Position numbers and translations under genes: made by a program. From Dicyema japonicum (lineage: Eukaryota; Animalia; Dicyemida): 64,000 bases of DNA. How positions within the stretch are numbered: position 1 is the first letter of the stretch; every line of letters begins with the position of its first letter. This document shows positions 1 through 12,560 of this stretch, piece by piece. A model generated the notes under the pieces. The model was not told where the DNA came from, ran no database searches, and saw nothing but the letters and a program-made list of their open reading frames with translations. The DNA lies in the NCBI GenBank assembly GCA_011109175.1, contig RDEW01000017.1:372001-436000 (forward strand), written 5' to 3'.

Positions 1-389
1 TTATTCTAGTTTTGTGAATAGTGTGAATAATAAATTTTATATAAATAAAATTAAAAATATTTAATCTAATTAATTAATATAAAATTATATTAATTTAAAA
101 TTACCAAGTTTATTTTGCTTCTTGTGGTATGTTTGTCATCTAAATGCTTAAATGCTATATTAAATATTATTAACGTATATTATTTTATGACCGAAACTTA
201 TATTTTTAGATTTCATAGTATGCAGCCCAGTAAAATCCCCAGAAATAGAATTGTATACTTTTTTCTTAACAAACCGTCGTTTTTTTTCTTATATTACCAA
301 TAGATTTTTAACAAACCGACCAAAATCATTGTGGACTCCAAAATGAACGAGAATAAGGAACAGAGACAGTTCTTTCCTTCAAAAAATAG

Positions 390-910
390 CACTTGTCCTT
401 CCAGAACCCTTCCAATGTGTTAATCCGTGAAAACTATGACCCAAATCGTTTGTATTTTCTTGACACTCTAGAAAACAGATCAAACCAGAACTCTGAAGTT
501 TCCCTGATCTCTCCGTTGACAAACAAAAAGATCACGGAAGTTTCCCACCATCTGAAAATCAACCTGTTGACACACACATGGAAGGAGGAGAAGGAGAAGC
601 AGATCAAAGAGCGGAAGAAGGGAAGTAATGTTTATGCCACGGGGGATGACATTCACCATGTGCTGCAATTCATTGCCGAGCGTCGATCCGACATTTTCGG
701 GAGTGGGAGTGAAGAAGCGATAATCGGGAAGAAGGTATGTGTGATCTGTGAGCTTTAGTTGGCTGAGGCTGGGTCATCAATGGAACTGAAGAAAAGTGCT
801 GCGGACATGTTAGAGTTTGTATAATTGGTAGAATGAGTGCTGTTAACAAGAGGGAGAAGATTGGTCCCGTTCATCAGGCGAAGAAACAGAGATATGGAGA
901 TGATTATTGA
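390..910 (+). CDS. SF3A1: SF3A1/Prp21-like splicing factor, C-terminal (PRP21_like_P) part; 5' end unclear
   Basis: VLIRENYDP...LISPLT...NVYATGDDI...IAERRSDIFG...IIGKK matches SF3A1 VIVRKDYDP...LVSPIT...EVYAPGLDI...LAERRTDIFG...AIGKK. A 24-nt intron (735-758) and a 23-nt GT-AG intron extend the frame to TGA at 908-910. No SURP exons are visible upstream. Confidence 0.75.
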
Positions 911-959
911 CGTTTGTTTTAATATATTTTGGATTTCAAGTTTTGTGGTTTAATTAGGT

Positions 960-3900
960 AAATGAATAAAAATTATTAAATTAAGGCATCTGAATGACCA
1001 TGCTATTTCCCCTAACAATAGCCAACGAGATACGTTCTCGGAACCAACCAGTCTCTCGCGGATCCTTGGTCACAGCTTGAATCATGGAGCCGATCTTACG
1101 AACCAACTCATCTGCTTGGGGGCCAAGGATTCCTGACGTTTCCACCGCGAATGGAACAAAAATACTCCTCCGAAATTCTCTGGTACTTCCTCCTCTTTCG
1201 TTCCTCGGCCTGCTTTGAAGCATGTCCTGGGTCTGAAGCAGAAGCAACCAAATTAGACGGGGAATAAGTATCAACACACGTCGCGTCCCAGATCAGGTTT
1301 CGTCCGTTGGCGAATGGAAAAGTCGTCATCCCATCAGGGCGTTTTCCATCGTTTCGGGAAAGACCAGCAGGTTCTAACAGGCAATGGTGTCCAGCAGAGG
1401 CAAGGGAATTCTTTAATGTCATGTTAAGACAGGAGTGCCTGGGGAAACGACCCGCACTCATCTTGCATGACAAGGGATGATAACCAAAAGGATCGATCCA
1501 ACGTCCACAGCGGCATTTTCTTTCGGCACACAATTTAAGACCAAGACGAAGCGAGGTAGCTATTCTCACAGCCTCATCATCCAACAGGTTTCCAATTTCG
1601 GCAGATGGATAAGCGTTCATCCAGGCCCCCGTCGAGTGACAACTGGCTGTTTTGAGGCAGGCAAGCCTTCTTACATCTTCCGTCTTTTCAAGGGACTCTT
1701 TCTTCTTTTCGAAGACACAAAACAAATAGGACTTTTGCTTATCACAATTGACCGGAGCATTCAGGTACAAATTCATCCATTCATCCCAGGCTCCCGACGG
1801 CGTCAGCGGTACGTTTAGTCCGGAAGTAGAGTGAAGGACCGTATCCACTAAACGCCTTGACGAGCCGAACGAAGATAAATAGGCGCCCAAAGCAACGTCC
1901 GAAGGAAGAGAAAGACCCAAACCACGCAGGCTACAGGGAGTGAGGCCTGTAACCATCCGAAATCATCAAAACAAACATTAAGAATGGACCCCATCGTTGA
2001 CCGGATATCCATATCAATTAACGATAGAAGGTCTTTTTCGGCGTAGCATGGGGATCCCCGTAGAATAAAAAGGAGTTTTGGGAGAAGGAGACAATTCTTC
2101 AGCATAAAAAAGGCGACATGACGGTCCAAAAAACTCATCCTGTCGGCATACTGACGTAAATTAGTCCTCTTGCCTTCCAATAACTCCCTCACCCGGTTTA
2201 CCAAAATCCCACACCCAAGGAAGTCGAGAGAATCAATATGAGTCTCCCTAACCCCTGGGATGATTCGCAGAGTTTTCTATGAAAAAGGTAGAATGAATCG
2301 GAACTCAAATTCAGATTAATTGCTTCGCACTTTTCATTGTTAAATTCCAGACCGATTTTTCCACACAAACTCTGATCGAGCAACTTTGGAGAGAATATCA
2401 TCGGGACTTCCACCGAGAATACAATCGTCCAGATACCAGACGTTCAGTGGAGTGCAACGGTCCTGGGCAATATGGTCGATAGACAAGGAAAATAGAAGAG
2501 GACCGAGTGGGTCCCCCTGTTGAACTCCGGATCCGGACGAAATAATTCCACTGCCAAAAACAAGAGGGGATGGATCCGAATACGCGAGATATACAAAGGG
2601 ATAAATCTGAGGAATCCTCCTCCTACAGGTATCAAGGACGGTGTCCCTTCTGACTGAATTGAAGGCATTCCGGAGGTCCAATTTGAATAAAACTCTGTCC
2701 TCAACATTCAATTCAGCTGATTGTGAGCAAATTCTCTCACTGCGTGGATCCCAGCTTCACAGCCGCCATTGATTCCGACACCAAGCTGCGAAGGACAAAA
2801 TTCGGCTGAAATTCGGGAGATAACAAAACGACAAGCCATTTTTGCGGATAAACGTCGAAATACGTTTCCAATTGCAATGGGGCGAATACCACCATCTTTC
2901 TTTCCAAGGCCCGTTAGATTCGCCGAAAAGAGGAGATTCCGACCAAAATCGGAAACGTTTCCGGAAAGCATGCGAGCTACGAGATCCCGGGTTCGCTCCA
3001 AGAGTAGCGATCCAGGCCTGCCGACAGAATGGGACACCAAGTCTGACAGATGGCCAGGTTTGAGACCGTCAACTCCTCCACTGCTACTTCTTCGGAAAGA
3101 ACAAAGAGCGTTGTAAATGGCTGAAGTGGAAATATCATGCATAGATTGTTCTGGACGAACAGGTTTACAAAAGTCTTCTGGTTCAGGAGGATGTTTCTGT
3201 CCCAATATACAGAGTGTCTTCTGGTTCAGGAGGATGTTTCTGTCCCAATATACAGAGTGTCTCCTGAGTGGCTTTCACTGGGTCAGAATCCGTACAAACA
3301 GTTCGAACTGCAGCAGTAAGATCGCCTCCATCAATTTCCTCCTGACACGAGAGCTAAGCCTCTCAGGAGCCATACTGGATTGTTTGGAATTGGACTTTGG
3401 GAAGTAATCAACTGGGGAAACAAATAATTCTTCAGCCAGGGACTCCCATGAATACAAAAAGGCACTCACGCGCTTCTTCAGGACATGGGATAGAGAGGGT
3501 TTCCGAGAAGATGGGGCAGGCTTACGCTCTAACCCCATAGCCAGGACAGGGAAAGGGAAAAGAACCAACCAATCCTTTTTCGAGCCATTGGACACAGCTT
3601 TCTCAATGCAAGAAGAAAGGGCAGAAGCAATTGAGATCCGGGAAGCCTTGGGGATCCTGACAGGGATAATCTTCCTTTGTCGCGTGTTTGATAATAAAAC
3701 CAGAAAATCCTCCGGAGACATGGCTTCCAGAAGATCTGATACAGATGATGATGACACAAAATGATCATGAGGTTCAATTTTAGTGAGTTCCAGACGCACG
3801 ACCACGAGGGAAGTGATCGAGCAATTTTCTTGGATAGTTTTTCATAACCTATGTGGTAGTAACCAACACATACAGAACATTGAATCCCGACTTGCGAGAA

Positions 3901-3960
3901 TTGGATACTCTGCACCCTTATATGAGGTGTCTTCGTGTAGTACATCATAAAAACAGACAT
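960..3960 (-). mobile_element. CRE-clade non-LTR retrotransposon (RT + CCHC + restriction-like endonuclease), near full length, frameshifted
   Basis: Consecutive minus-strand ORFs give GIRPIAIG, QLGVG, DLRNAFNSV, GVQQGDPLGPLLF, WYLDD, then C-x-CG...H-x2-C, RH, KRPDG, WDATCVD and RISLAIVRGN. Confidence 0.9.
3173..3258. repeat. Perfect 43-bp tandem duplication inside the CRE ORF
   Basis: gtcttctggttcaggaggatgtttctgtcccaatatacagagt occurs twice. The length is not a multiple of 3, so it shifts the frame. Confidence 0.95.
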
Positions 3961-4524
3961 GAATAGATAATAGGAGAGAGAACTGTATATATTAACGACG
4001 ACAACTCACGACAACAACTCAGCATTTGGTAATAAAATTTGTTTCATCAGGTAAATTCTCAGATGTATTAAGTTCTAATTGTTTATCCTCGTCGACATAA
4101 TCAACGTGTTTGTCTCTGATAGCTATCGAGATCAACTCTCTATGGTGGAGAATCTGATTGCTTCTTCCAATCAGTGGTAGAAACCACTAAGCTCGAGAAA
4201 TCGACATCTTTTTAAATTCTTTTGAGAGGGAGAAACGTCTTGGGTACAGAAATCAGTAGGAACCATGGGGTAACATGGAAAAAATCTCACATTTTGAAAT
4301 ACAGGGATCATTTAATTGGTTATTTTAGCCATTTCTTTATTGGTGTCCCTTTTTGATGGTTAGATGATGTGAATAGCCACAAGGTTGTGAATGTTGTACT
4401 TCTGAATGTTGCCAGACGTCGCAGGCTCTCGAGAAAGGACAAAGAATTCCTTCCTATCGTTCAGAGTAAGTTTACATATAATTGTGTTACTAATAACTAG
4501 GGTGACCGAAAGTCACTTAAGCGG

Positions 4525-4870
4525 TAGCTACCTTTTCTGGGACGCAACCTGTGTGGAGAGCCTCTCTCCCTCCAACCTTTTTGTGACAATAACTAGCCCA
4601 GGATCTTCTTCGGAGAAGGCTGAGTACCTAAAAATGAAGAAATATGCATGTCTAAATGGACAGTCTATTTTTTAACAATTCGTCGTGGAAAACATCAGGA
4701 ATCATAGGAAGTAGGTCACTGACCCTGCTAAATAAAATCGGATCGCGAAGAAGAAAAATGATAGGAGAGAAAGGAACTGGATCATTGAGCGCATTTCTTT
4801 TCAAATCGTCAGGGGAAATGCGTTCTCAATAATGAGGGCACCAGAAGTTGTAACTGTTAGTTTTAAATCG
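4525..4870 (+). mobile_element. 5'-truncated CRE 3' fragment (REL domain)
   Basis: WDATCVESLSPSNL...; 3' part IVRGNAFSIMRAP followed by AT-rich sequence. Confidence 0.8.
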
Positions 4871-4949
4871 TATTTATATTAAAAAATGTTATAAAGTCAA
4901 TTTTTATTTTTTATTTAAAGTTTTATTTTTGGGAAAAAACAAGACGTGA

Positions 4950-5046
4950 ATTTCGTTCCCCATGGCATACACGTTATTTCCCTTCTTCCGCTTTTTGATC
5001 TGCTGCTCCTCTTCCTTCCACGTGTGTGTCAACAGGTTGATTTTTT
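4950..5046 (-). pseudogene. SF3A1: Diverged ~95-bp fragment of the SF3A1-like exon
   Basis: Reverse complement reads KINLLTHTWKEEEQQIKKRKKGNNVYAMG, versus KINLLTHTWKEEKEKQIKERKKGSNVYATG at about 554-643. Confidence 0.8.
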
Positions 5047-5159
5047 TTAATGGCTACTCTTGTTTTGCTATTGACCTTGAGAGGCATTTTTATCTGAAAA
5101 TATACCGATCCAAAAAAATTCTCCAATCATAAACTTTTTAGACAAGTATGGTCATTCTG

Positions 5160-5440
5160 TTTTTTCTGAAACTAAATGGCGTGACATTGTAAGGTTTCTC
5201 CGCTGAACGGATGTTTCAAAATTTGTCGAAACAATTTCAAATGACATCGCGTGTTACACTTCCAGAAACACTTAACGGAGATCTAAAGCTTGTAAACAAA
5301 AGTCTAAGAAGTGGTGACGATCTAGACGACTTGAGGAAACTCTCTTATGATCGAGGACGTTGGAAGAGGTTTGTTAGGAGGATTGTTTTGAATGCTGAAC
5401 GAGTAAAATTATAACTATTATGGTTTTACGTATGTTGCCT
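5160..5440 (+). mobile_element. RTE-like non-LTR element 3' end
   Basis: TLPETLNGDLK...GDDLDDLRKLSYDRGRWKRFV. Homologous ends occur at 7195, 18880, 26040 and 63150. Confidence 0.6.
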
Positions 5441-5559
5441 ATAATAATTTTAAATGAGAACATTTTTTAATGATCGCGAAACTGACGAGGTAACATAGAT
5501 TATCAATAAAAACCGAAAACCGAAAAAACTTTATTACAAAACCGGATAAGGAGTTAGGT

Positions 5560-6600
5560 ATAGGGGGTTTTAACTAGTCCGCCTTGGCAGCCTGGACACT
5601 TCTGACGTCTCCTATCTCCATAATTATTATGCGTTCTTATATAAGAATCCAAAAATTCTGTTTTCTACTATTTGCTTCATTGGGGCAAAGATCCCGTCTT
5701 CCTCAGTGCTCAAGACGTCGCATAGTCTCATCTCCAGGCTAAATTTATGACAGATCTTCTAGACTTCTCCAGCAGTGATAATATCCTTTTTTTCTTCGTA
5801 GATAGATACCATGATTCACACCCATACAATAGCTTTGGTAGGATTATCCTCGTAAAATTGAAGAGGAAGGTCTCCATACTGACGGCCATCTTGCGTGTGC
5901 AAAGGAGCGCCTACAGCGCCTTTTTCCTCTTCAGCTTGATGTCCTCCAGAAATGAGCCTTTTTGGTCGACTGCTGCACCTAAGTAACGAGGCGAACGAAC
6001 TCTTGGAATTCCTAGCGTATAAGGCTGTCCGTGATGGCTTCGTAAACGGCTGATTCTCATAAAGTTTGACTTTCTTGTTGAGAGTTTCATCCCTCTCCGG
6101 ACACATCAGTTTTGCATTCAGTCAATAAATATCCTAAGTCTTCTCTCAGGGAGCGTCGACTTCCCAGACATATCCATGACTAGGATGTCATCCGCGTATA
6201 TTTATTATTATTATTATTTAATAACATCCGCGTATATTAATAGTTTAGAGTTAGGGTCCGACGGAGTTGGGAAGTCTGATAAGATGTTGAACAGTAGGGG
6301 GCTCAAGACAGAGCCCTGCGGAACACCCTTATTTAGTAAAACGTCTCCGGATCCATTTCCTCCAATGCGCATTCGAGAAATCTGTCCAGTTAGGTAGTCC
6401 CTTAACCATATGAGAAGTTGTTTTGGAAAATCTGCAGCCACAAGCCTTGACTGGAGGGCTCCATGGCACATCCTATCGAAGGCCTTGGATAGTTCCAGGT
6501 ATACCATGTTTACTTGTCTCTTGAATCTCGATCCTTTCAGTACTTCCAAATGTATTATGCATGTGGTATATGGGGCCCATTCATCTCTTGGACAAATGTC
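5560..6600 (-). mobile_element. Degenerate LINE reverse transcriptase fragment
   Basis: LELSKAFDR, GVPQGSVLSPLLFN and LLIYAD motifs. Confidence 0.8.
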
Positions 6601-6689
6601 TTGAAGATCGAGGCTAGCCGAAAAAGAGCCTCCAAAATCACGGAACGCTTGATTTCTGAAGAGTTTCAGTAATCAATGCTTCATGAGGC

Positions 6690-6872
6690 CATGATACGAA
6701 TAGACCATAGAACACGCCGTCGTTACTGCGTATGTCCAATCACTCGACCGATACGTGCTTGTGTGGGGTCGAGAGAAGAGCATTGGGCCAAGATTAGGTC
6801 CCTGTTAGAGCGTGCTGGGATCACGTGATTAGTTAGTTTGTGTAACCGTGGTCTCTAGTGTTATTATTATTA
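6690..6872 (+). mobile_element. LINE/SINE 3' end with (TTA)n tail
   Basis: ctgggatcacgtgattagttagtttgtgtaaccgtggtctctagtgttattattatta. A near-identical reverse copy is at 52885-53040 and a diverged copy at 8440-8600. Confidence 0.75.
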
Positions 6873-7194
6873 TGGAAGATTCCTGTAAAGAATGAAAATA
6901 AACGACATTTCAGCAATTATGAGAACAACTGCGATATTAATTTCTCTTTTTGATAATTCATTGTTAATAGAATACCAGGAAGCATCCTGTAGAGTGAAGT
7001 CATTTTCGATACTTCACAGAATTTGAACGAAAGATAGAAATTTCTTGCCCGAAAATGTAGAAGATTATCTAACTTTGTGTTTTAACAAATAAAAATTTAA
7101 TCAACTTTTTTTTTAGGTTAACTTTTTAACAATTTAATTTTTAGGGAAATTTAATTGACTTTTTGTCAATTTTTTTGTTTTTAAGGGCAGCTTT

Positions 7195-7490
7195 TTGGAA
7201 GATTACTACTCCTCCAATGTAAAACGCTTTCGTGGAAGACCGAGAACTACCATCCCGGTCGTTCTACAAAACGATCTGAAAGCCGTGAAGAAAACATTGG
7301 CATCTGGTGACGATCTGGACTCACTGAAGGACCTAACAAAGAACAGAAGAGCTTGGAGCAACCTAACTAATTCTCTTACTTTTTTGCTGCACATGCGGGG
7401 TCGCTGGCTGTTTGAGAGAATTTCTCTTACAATTCTGAGAGGGAACAGCCACGCAGTGAGAGCGGCAGCTAACTAATGTTTTGTTCTTTT
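7195..7490 (+). mobile_element. RTE-like 3' end joined to a CRE 3' end
   Basis: RGRPRTTIPVVLQNDL...RRAWSNLT followed in frame by WLFERISLTILRGNSHAV. Confidence 0.65.
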
Positions 7491-8439
7491 TTGCTTATAA
7501 ATAAATTTTCTTGACTTTTAGGTTGGTCTACTAATAACACAAAAATATGACTTTCACAATTGGGAAAAATTTAGTTCGTTTCCATTTGTCCTAGCACGTG
7601 TTGAGTAGCCTGTCCTTTTACTGGATATCAGGAGTGACTACATAACCAAAGCATGAATCTGGAAGGCAAAGGAACGACTGAAGTTTCCATGGGTTTCGAC
7701 ATTAGACAAATGGACTATGATCACTATAAGATGTTCATCCTACATCAATGACAAATTTCTAATAACAGAGAAAACATGACCGACGATCCAAGCATACTTC
7801 TGAATGGAGCCCAGGGAGATCAGATGCTGAAAGAGTTGCAGGGACATCAGTTTCCGTCAGGTCCCCGTTAGTAATAGACATTATCATTCCACTGTGTAAA
7901 ATAACTCCAAACGAGAAAACTCAGAGGTCAAATTAAAGGCTACATTTCTAGAAAATATCTGAGAGAACCTTGAAAAGATCAATTCCGAAGGTCAGCTGTT
8001 GATTTAAGTATCAGACACGTGCATATTCTTTAAGTATTTGCAGAGTCATAAATACCAAACATACTAGTGAGCATTTTCACAGTTTTTTATGCTTGACGGT
8101 CTCTTTACACGAGGCCGATAATTAGATGAGGATCAAGGAAGGATTACAAGGTATCCGTGATGAATCTACTGGAGATCCAAAAGAGCGCGATGAAGGAACC
8201 GAAGACTTAAGGTGAAACCTAAGATGATTTGAATGACGCACTTTATCCCGCCATATAGGCACTGCTTCAGCGAGTTCTCGAATTCCTGAATATCAGGTTC
8301 GCCAATACGTCTCAATTCCAACGTAAAGAAAGAAGAGGTCATTAAGAATGGAGACATTTAGTGAATGTAGGTACGGTACCACCTTAACCTTCCGGCCAAT
8401 TAACCACTTGACAAGTTGAATGGAAATTCCAAAGACCTC

Positions 8440-8600
8440 GATATCACCATACTAGCTATTACGTGATCCAGGCGCACTCCAAAGAGACCTCACCTTGGCA
8501 CCATGTTACTCCTTCGAGCCTACACTAGCACGTATCGACCGTACAACTGGATGCTCGTAGTCGCAAGGTCGGCTCCTCGGTTCATGCCGATTAGGAAATC
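8440..8600 (-). mobile_element. Diverged copy of the 6690/52885 retroelement 3' end
   Basis: acgtgatcc...cttggc...gcacgtatcg...actggatg aligns with 52930-53020. Confidence 0.55.
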
Positions 8601-8736
8601 CAGAGGTATTAGAGAGGGAACCTTCCAGAAGTGATGCCAGATCAATGACTGGTGTCTGTACATTTTTTAATAAAAAAGCAAAAATAAAATTAATTAATAT
8701 AAAATTAGGTCAAAATACTATGATTAATAACATCAA

Positions 8737-9663
8737 CTATGTAATCTAAAAATATAGCAAATAACCAACCTGCCAACGTGATCCACAAACGTTACAGTAA
8801 CACATTATGGTCATTGGTTCATCAGAGCGTAGTATTTGTAATTCAGTGTACAGCACGTCGTGTCCTTTACACTTCCCACACTTAATCTGCGTGGATCGAG
8901 TCCCAGTCGTCATGCTCAGTTGGGAAGCATCTATTGCTTCCTTCGACAGTTTCCTCCTAAGAGATTTCAACTCTCCGTTAGCCATGTCCTAAAATATCTC
9001 AAACTCTACAACAGTGGTGCTCATTGTGGAGAATTCCGCGGGAGAAATTTCACCGGAAAGGACTTTCTGGCGAAGTAGGGGGTTATTTTGATCCTTTAGG
9101 TTCATTATTCGACTTCTTATGCGATTCTTGTAACTCCCGTCAGTCGTGGACTTCATATTCAGAAATATTTGGTCTTCGATAAGCGCCGCTGTGTTCTCCG
9201 TTGAAACTCCCAACTCTGGACTCATTCCAGTTCGCAGAGCCTCAGCCAGCATTGACCTACATTTCACTCTTACTAAGTCATCAGTATGAGATGCTTGTTT
9301 CATGCAAGGTCTCGTCTTGTTTTTCCCAGAACCCCTCCCAGAATCACCTAAATGTTAAATTTAGAGTACCTGAGCTGACGTCCTTCTTCCATTTCAAGAT
9401 AAGGGACTTAGCCAAACAGGCCAATGGATGACTAGACGTTTTCTTACGAATGGAGTTAATGGTCATACCAATTCTAGTTTTCTAAAGCTAAGCCACCAAA
9501 TGACAACATAAAGAGCATCTATATCGATTTGCATTACTTCAAGTTCACGCAGATGGTCAAACACGACGTCCTCCTCCATGGAATCTTCCTCTAGTTGCTT
9601 CTCAAGCTCATTTTTAATTTTATTTACTGCTAAAAGCAAATTAGATGACGAATCTGACGACAT
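8737..9663 (-). CDS. TCEA1: Transcription elongation factor TFIIS
   Basis: Domain I (KTRIGMTINSIRK after a 26-nt intron), domain II (YKNRIRSRIMNLKD.NP.LR..VL.GEI) and zinc ribbon C-x2-C...RSDEPMT...C-x2-C. Short introns join all exons. Confidence 0.95.
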
Positions 9664-9869
9664 CTACAAAGCGGTGAACTTTAGACGACTACTTATTAAA
9701 GAATTTTTTGATAGTACTGTCTTATTTAGTTTTAAAGATTAAAAATAATGCACACAAGAAAATGCCTAACAAATGATTTTCTATCTAAGTTAATATTTTT
9801 TGTTTAATATATTTTAATTATTTTAATATAATTTATTGTTGTTTGTAATGATGACGTTAATTTTGTAGT

Positions 9870-12550
9870 GGAAATATTTGGAGTGGTATCAACAAGCTTC
9901 TGGGACGTATTCCACCAATTATTGACGGAAGCAAAGCTTCTCTACCGCTGGAAGTTTGTGTCCACTTGGTGTGCCTACGCTGTGATCACCCATGTATCTA
10001 CGTTCGTATCCGTGGAAAATTGGACAATAGTCCTCTCCCTTATGCCATCATGCTTTCTTGACGACCACAAGATGGTCACCTTTTCTCTTGTCCGGGTCCA
10101 CCTCCAATTTCTGGTCAGAACAAAATACACGTGTATGGTCTCTGGGAGCGTCCGTTCTTGTTAACCACTGGTTTCTTTCACTTGAAGGGATCATGGGTAA
10201 ATAAATATTGGTAGTCACTTTCAGTTTCCTCATGACTCATGTAAAGCAAATGATCAGAATTATCTTCTCCTACAAAAGCTGACCTTCGAAAAAATACTTG
10301 TTGGAAAATATAGAAGTAATTTATCTCGATTTTAGGCTTTCTATATAAACAGTACTTCGAAACGACCATCGGCTACGACTGCATGCGAAACCAACATGGT
10401 ATAATCGAATCTAAAGTTGATCGAAGACCTATTTCACATCTATCAACCCTACATGAGTTTTATGGCTCTGTGACGTGCTCAAGTTACTTGAATCGGATGG
10501 TTGAGGTGGTGACATCTTTATTCACTAAATGCCTTCTCCTAAAGATGAATTTAACCTCTTTTACCCATCTTGTGGACATTAACAAATGAAAATCTTAGTG
10601 GCATTAGATGCACTAGGTAAGGAAACGTATAAACCAATGTTAGGGATTAAATCTCATCTGGCTAGGTAGTTGGGGAACTTCGACGAGTGGCCCAGATTTT
10701 TTTCCATTAGTTAAGTATACAGTGACCATTATATTATTAGCACTGTTGTAGGGACTAATTAATTTCCCACGTGTATTGCACATGAAACTATCATTTCCAC
10801 TCTTTCTTCCGTAACCTCGGTTACAGACCATATTTCTAATCAAATCGATATCGTATGCAGTTTATTGGCAAGAATTGACAAGGCTGTTCGCCGTTGGTTA
10901 TGGAATACTGATTCCCAGTCTTTGGGATAATAGGATTATATCACGCAGTTTGTAGAGGCTGTTGGGTCGAGTCTCAGGATGTGTTTGAATAGACTTCACC
11001 ATACTTCAGTGATAACCAAGCTGACGGGTTCTTAAATGCCAATGCTTGTTAAGCCAATGGAAACGAATCACGCACCAGTTGCCAAGAAACAGTGAGCATT
11101 GCTGCAAAAGATGACGATTTTAAAGGGCTGAGGGAACCATCTTCGTTAACAGGGATCTTTGGGTCGAGGCGCGATTGCACTCCCAATTTCAGTGATGGCT
11201 TCTTTAAAAATTTTTCCGACCGCTCCAAGGGTTTTGAAACGATTGAGACAAACGGAAGCAACCTTAGAGGGCTGAGTAAAATCAGCTGACTCCAGCCCAT
11301 GTTTGATGATTTCACTGATGGCGGTGTGTCTGAGACAACATCCAGCGCTTCTTGCCATAAATGATGTATTCACTGTCGCCCAGGAGTGTTCCAACTTTTT
11401 AAATTGTCAACATTTCTCGTCTGTTCGGTTCACCTCTCTACCGATTGTTACAGAGTTAGTTCTTTCCGAGTTAACTCCCAGAAATTACTTTTCATGGGGA
11501 CAAGGTGATATATTAACTGTTCTTTGGGAGTTGATTTAACATGGGAGATTCAGTCTACGTCATCTGCTTTTATTAGTTTCCTTAAATCTTTCAGTGCCGC
11601 TTTAAGATAGACGATGAATGGAGCAGGGGACATTGATCCGCCTTGAGGTGCTTCAGTGGTTGTTCCGAAGGTCCTGGGTTGCGCGGATCCAATCTTCACA
11701 GCCAACTCATTGTCCGTAAGCAGTACACGAATAGCCCTAAGAAAGTTGTCGTTTAGAATAGTCTTGAAGATTTTCGTTAGTTGATCTCTTCAGATCGGTT
11801 CACATGCGGGACTCATGTCAATGCCAATGTGGTGGTCGTCGTTTTGAATTTCTGAGATATTTGGGGTTCTCGTGCACAGTGTTCATTATAGCAGGAGATT
11901 ATCATTCTTAATTGGCGAATATTCAGAGTTACAGACCGTTTGTTGAGGGTTTGTGAAACCTTTGGAGCTGTTTGAACAATAATAAATACACTCGTCGAGA
12001 TTAAAGCGCTATCACGACACGCCTCAAATATTTTGTTTGGTTTGATAGCACCTTGGATTATTTATGTTAAAACCCCAAGACCACCAAGAAAGAAAGAATT
12101 ACTCGCTAAATTAAGTGATCCCAGCCTCCAACATCTCTCGAATTCTCTTCGAATGCTCCGCCAATTAACCAACAGCGTTTCTGAAGTGTCTTCTTTTATT
12201 CTACCAGAGTGCACTTTTTTTAATGCCGATCTGAATTCCTCCGCATGAACCACCCTCTTTCTGAATGGGTTTCCTAACTTGATCTGATTTACATGTCACT
12301 AACGGATACCGTCTCTGATCTTAAAGCCTCGTTTATGACCTTTTTGTGTGGAGATGGAATTCAAAAGTGTGCCACTGTCCTTGGAAAAAACCCTGTATGG
12401 GTAGGCATGCCAAGGGAAAAGAAATATGTCAGGAGAGTCGCTTGTACAATTCTGGAATTTATTTTCAATTTTAAAACAAATTTTGAAACGTGTGGCACAT
12501 ACGGGACCTTAGTTAATATAACGTTCTTTGGTTCTGTGAAAGTAATTTTT
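9870..12550 (-). mobile_element. Heavily decayed non-LTR retroelement debris
   Basis: Only scattered motif remnants (PIIPKTG, LIDVK.VFD, RH.AI, GGLGV), not in one consistent order. Confidence 0.3.
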
Positions 12551-12560
12551 ATTTCTATCT

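Noticed and set aside
480-3407. Antisense and overlapping ORFs in the ORF track (e.g. 480-668, 1477-1818, 2769-3116)
   Set aside because: They are shadows of real coding or TE frames with no independent homology.
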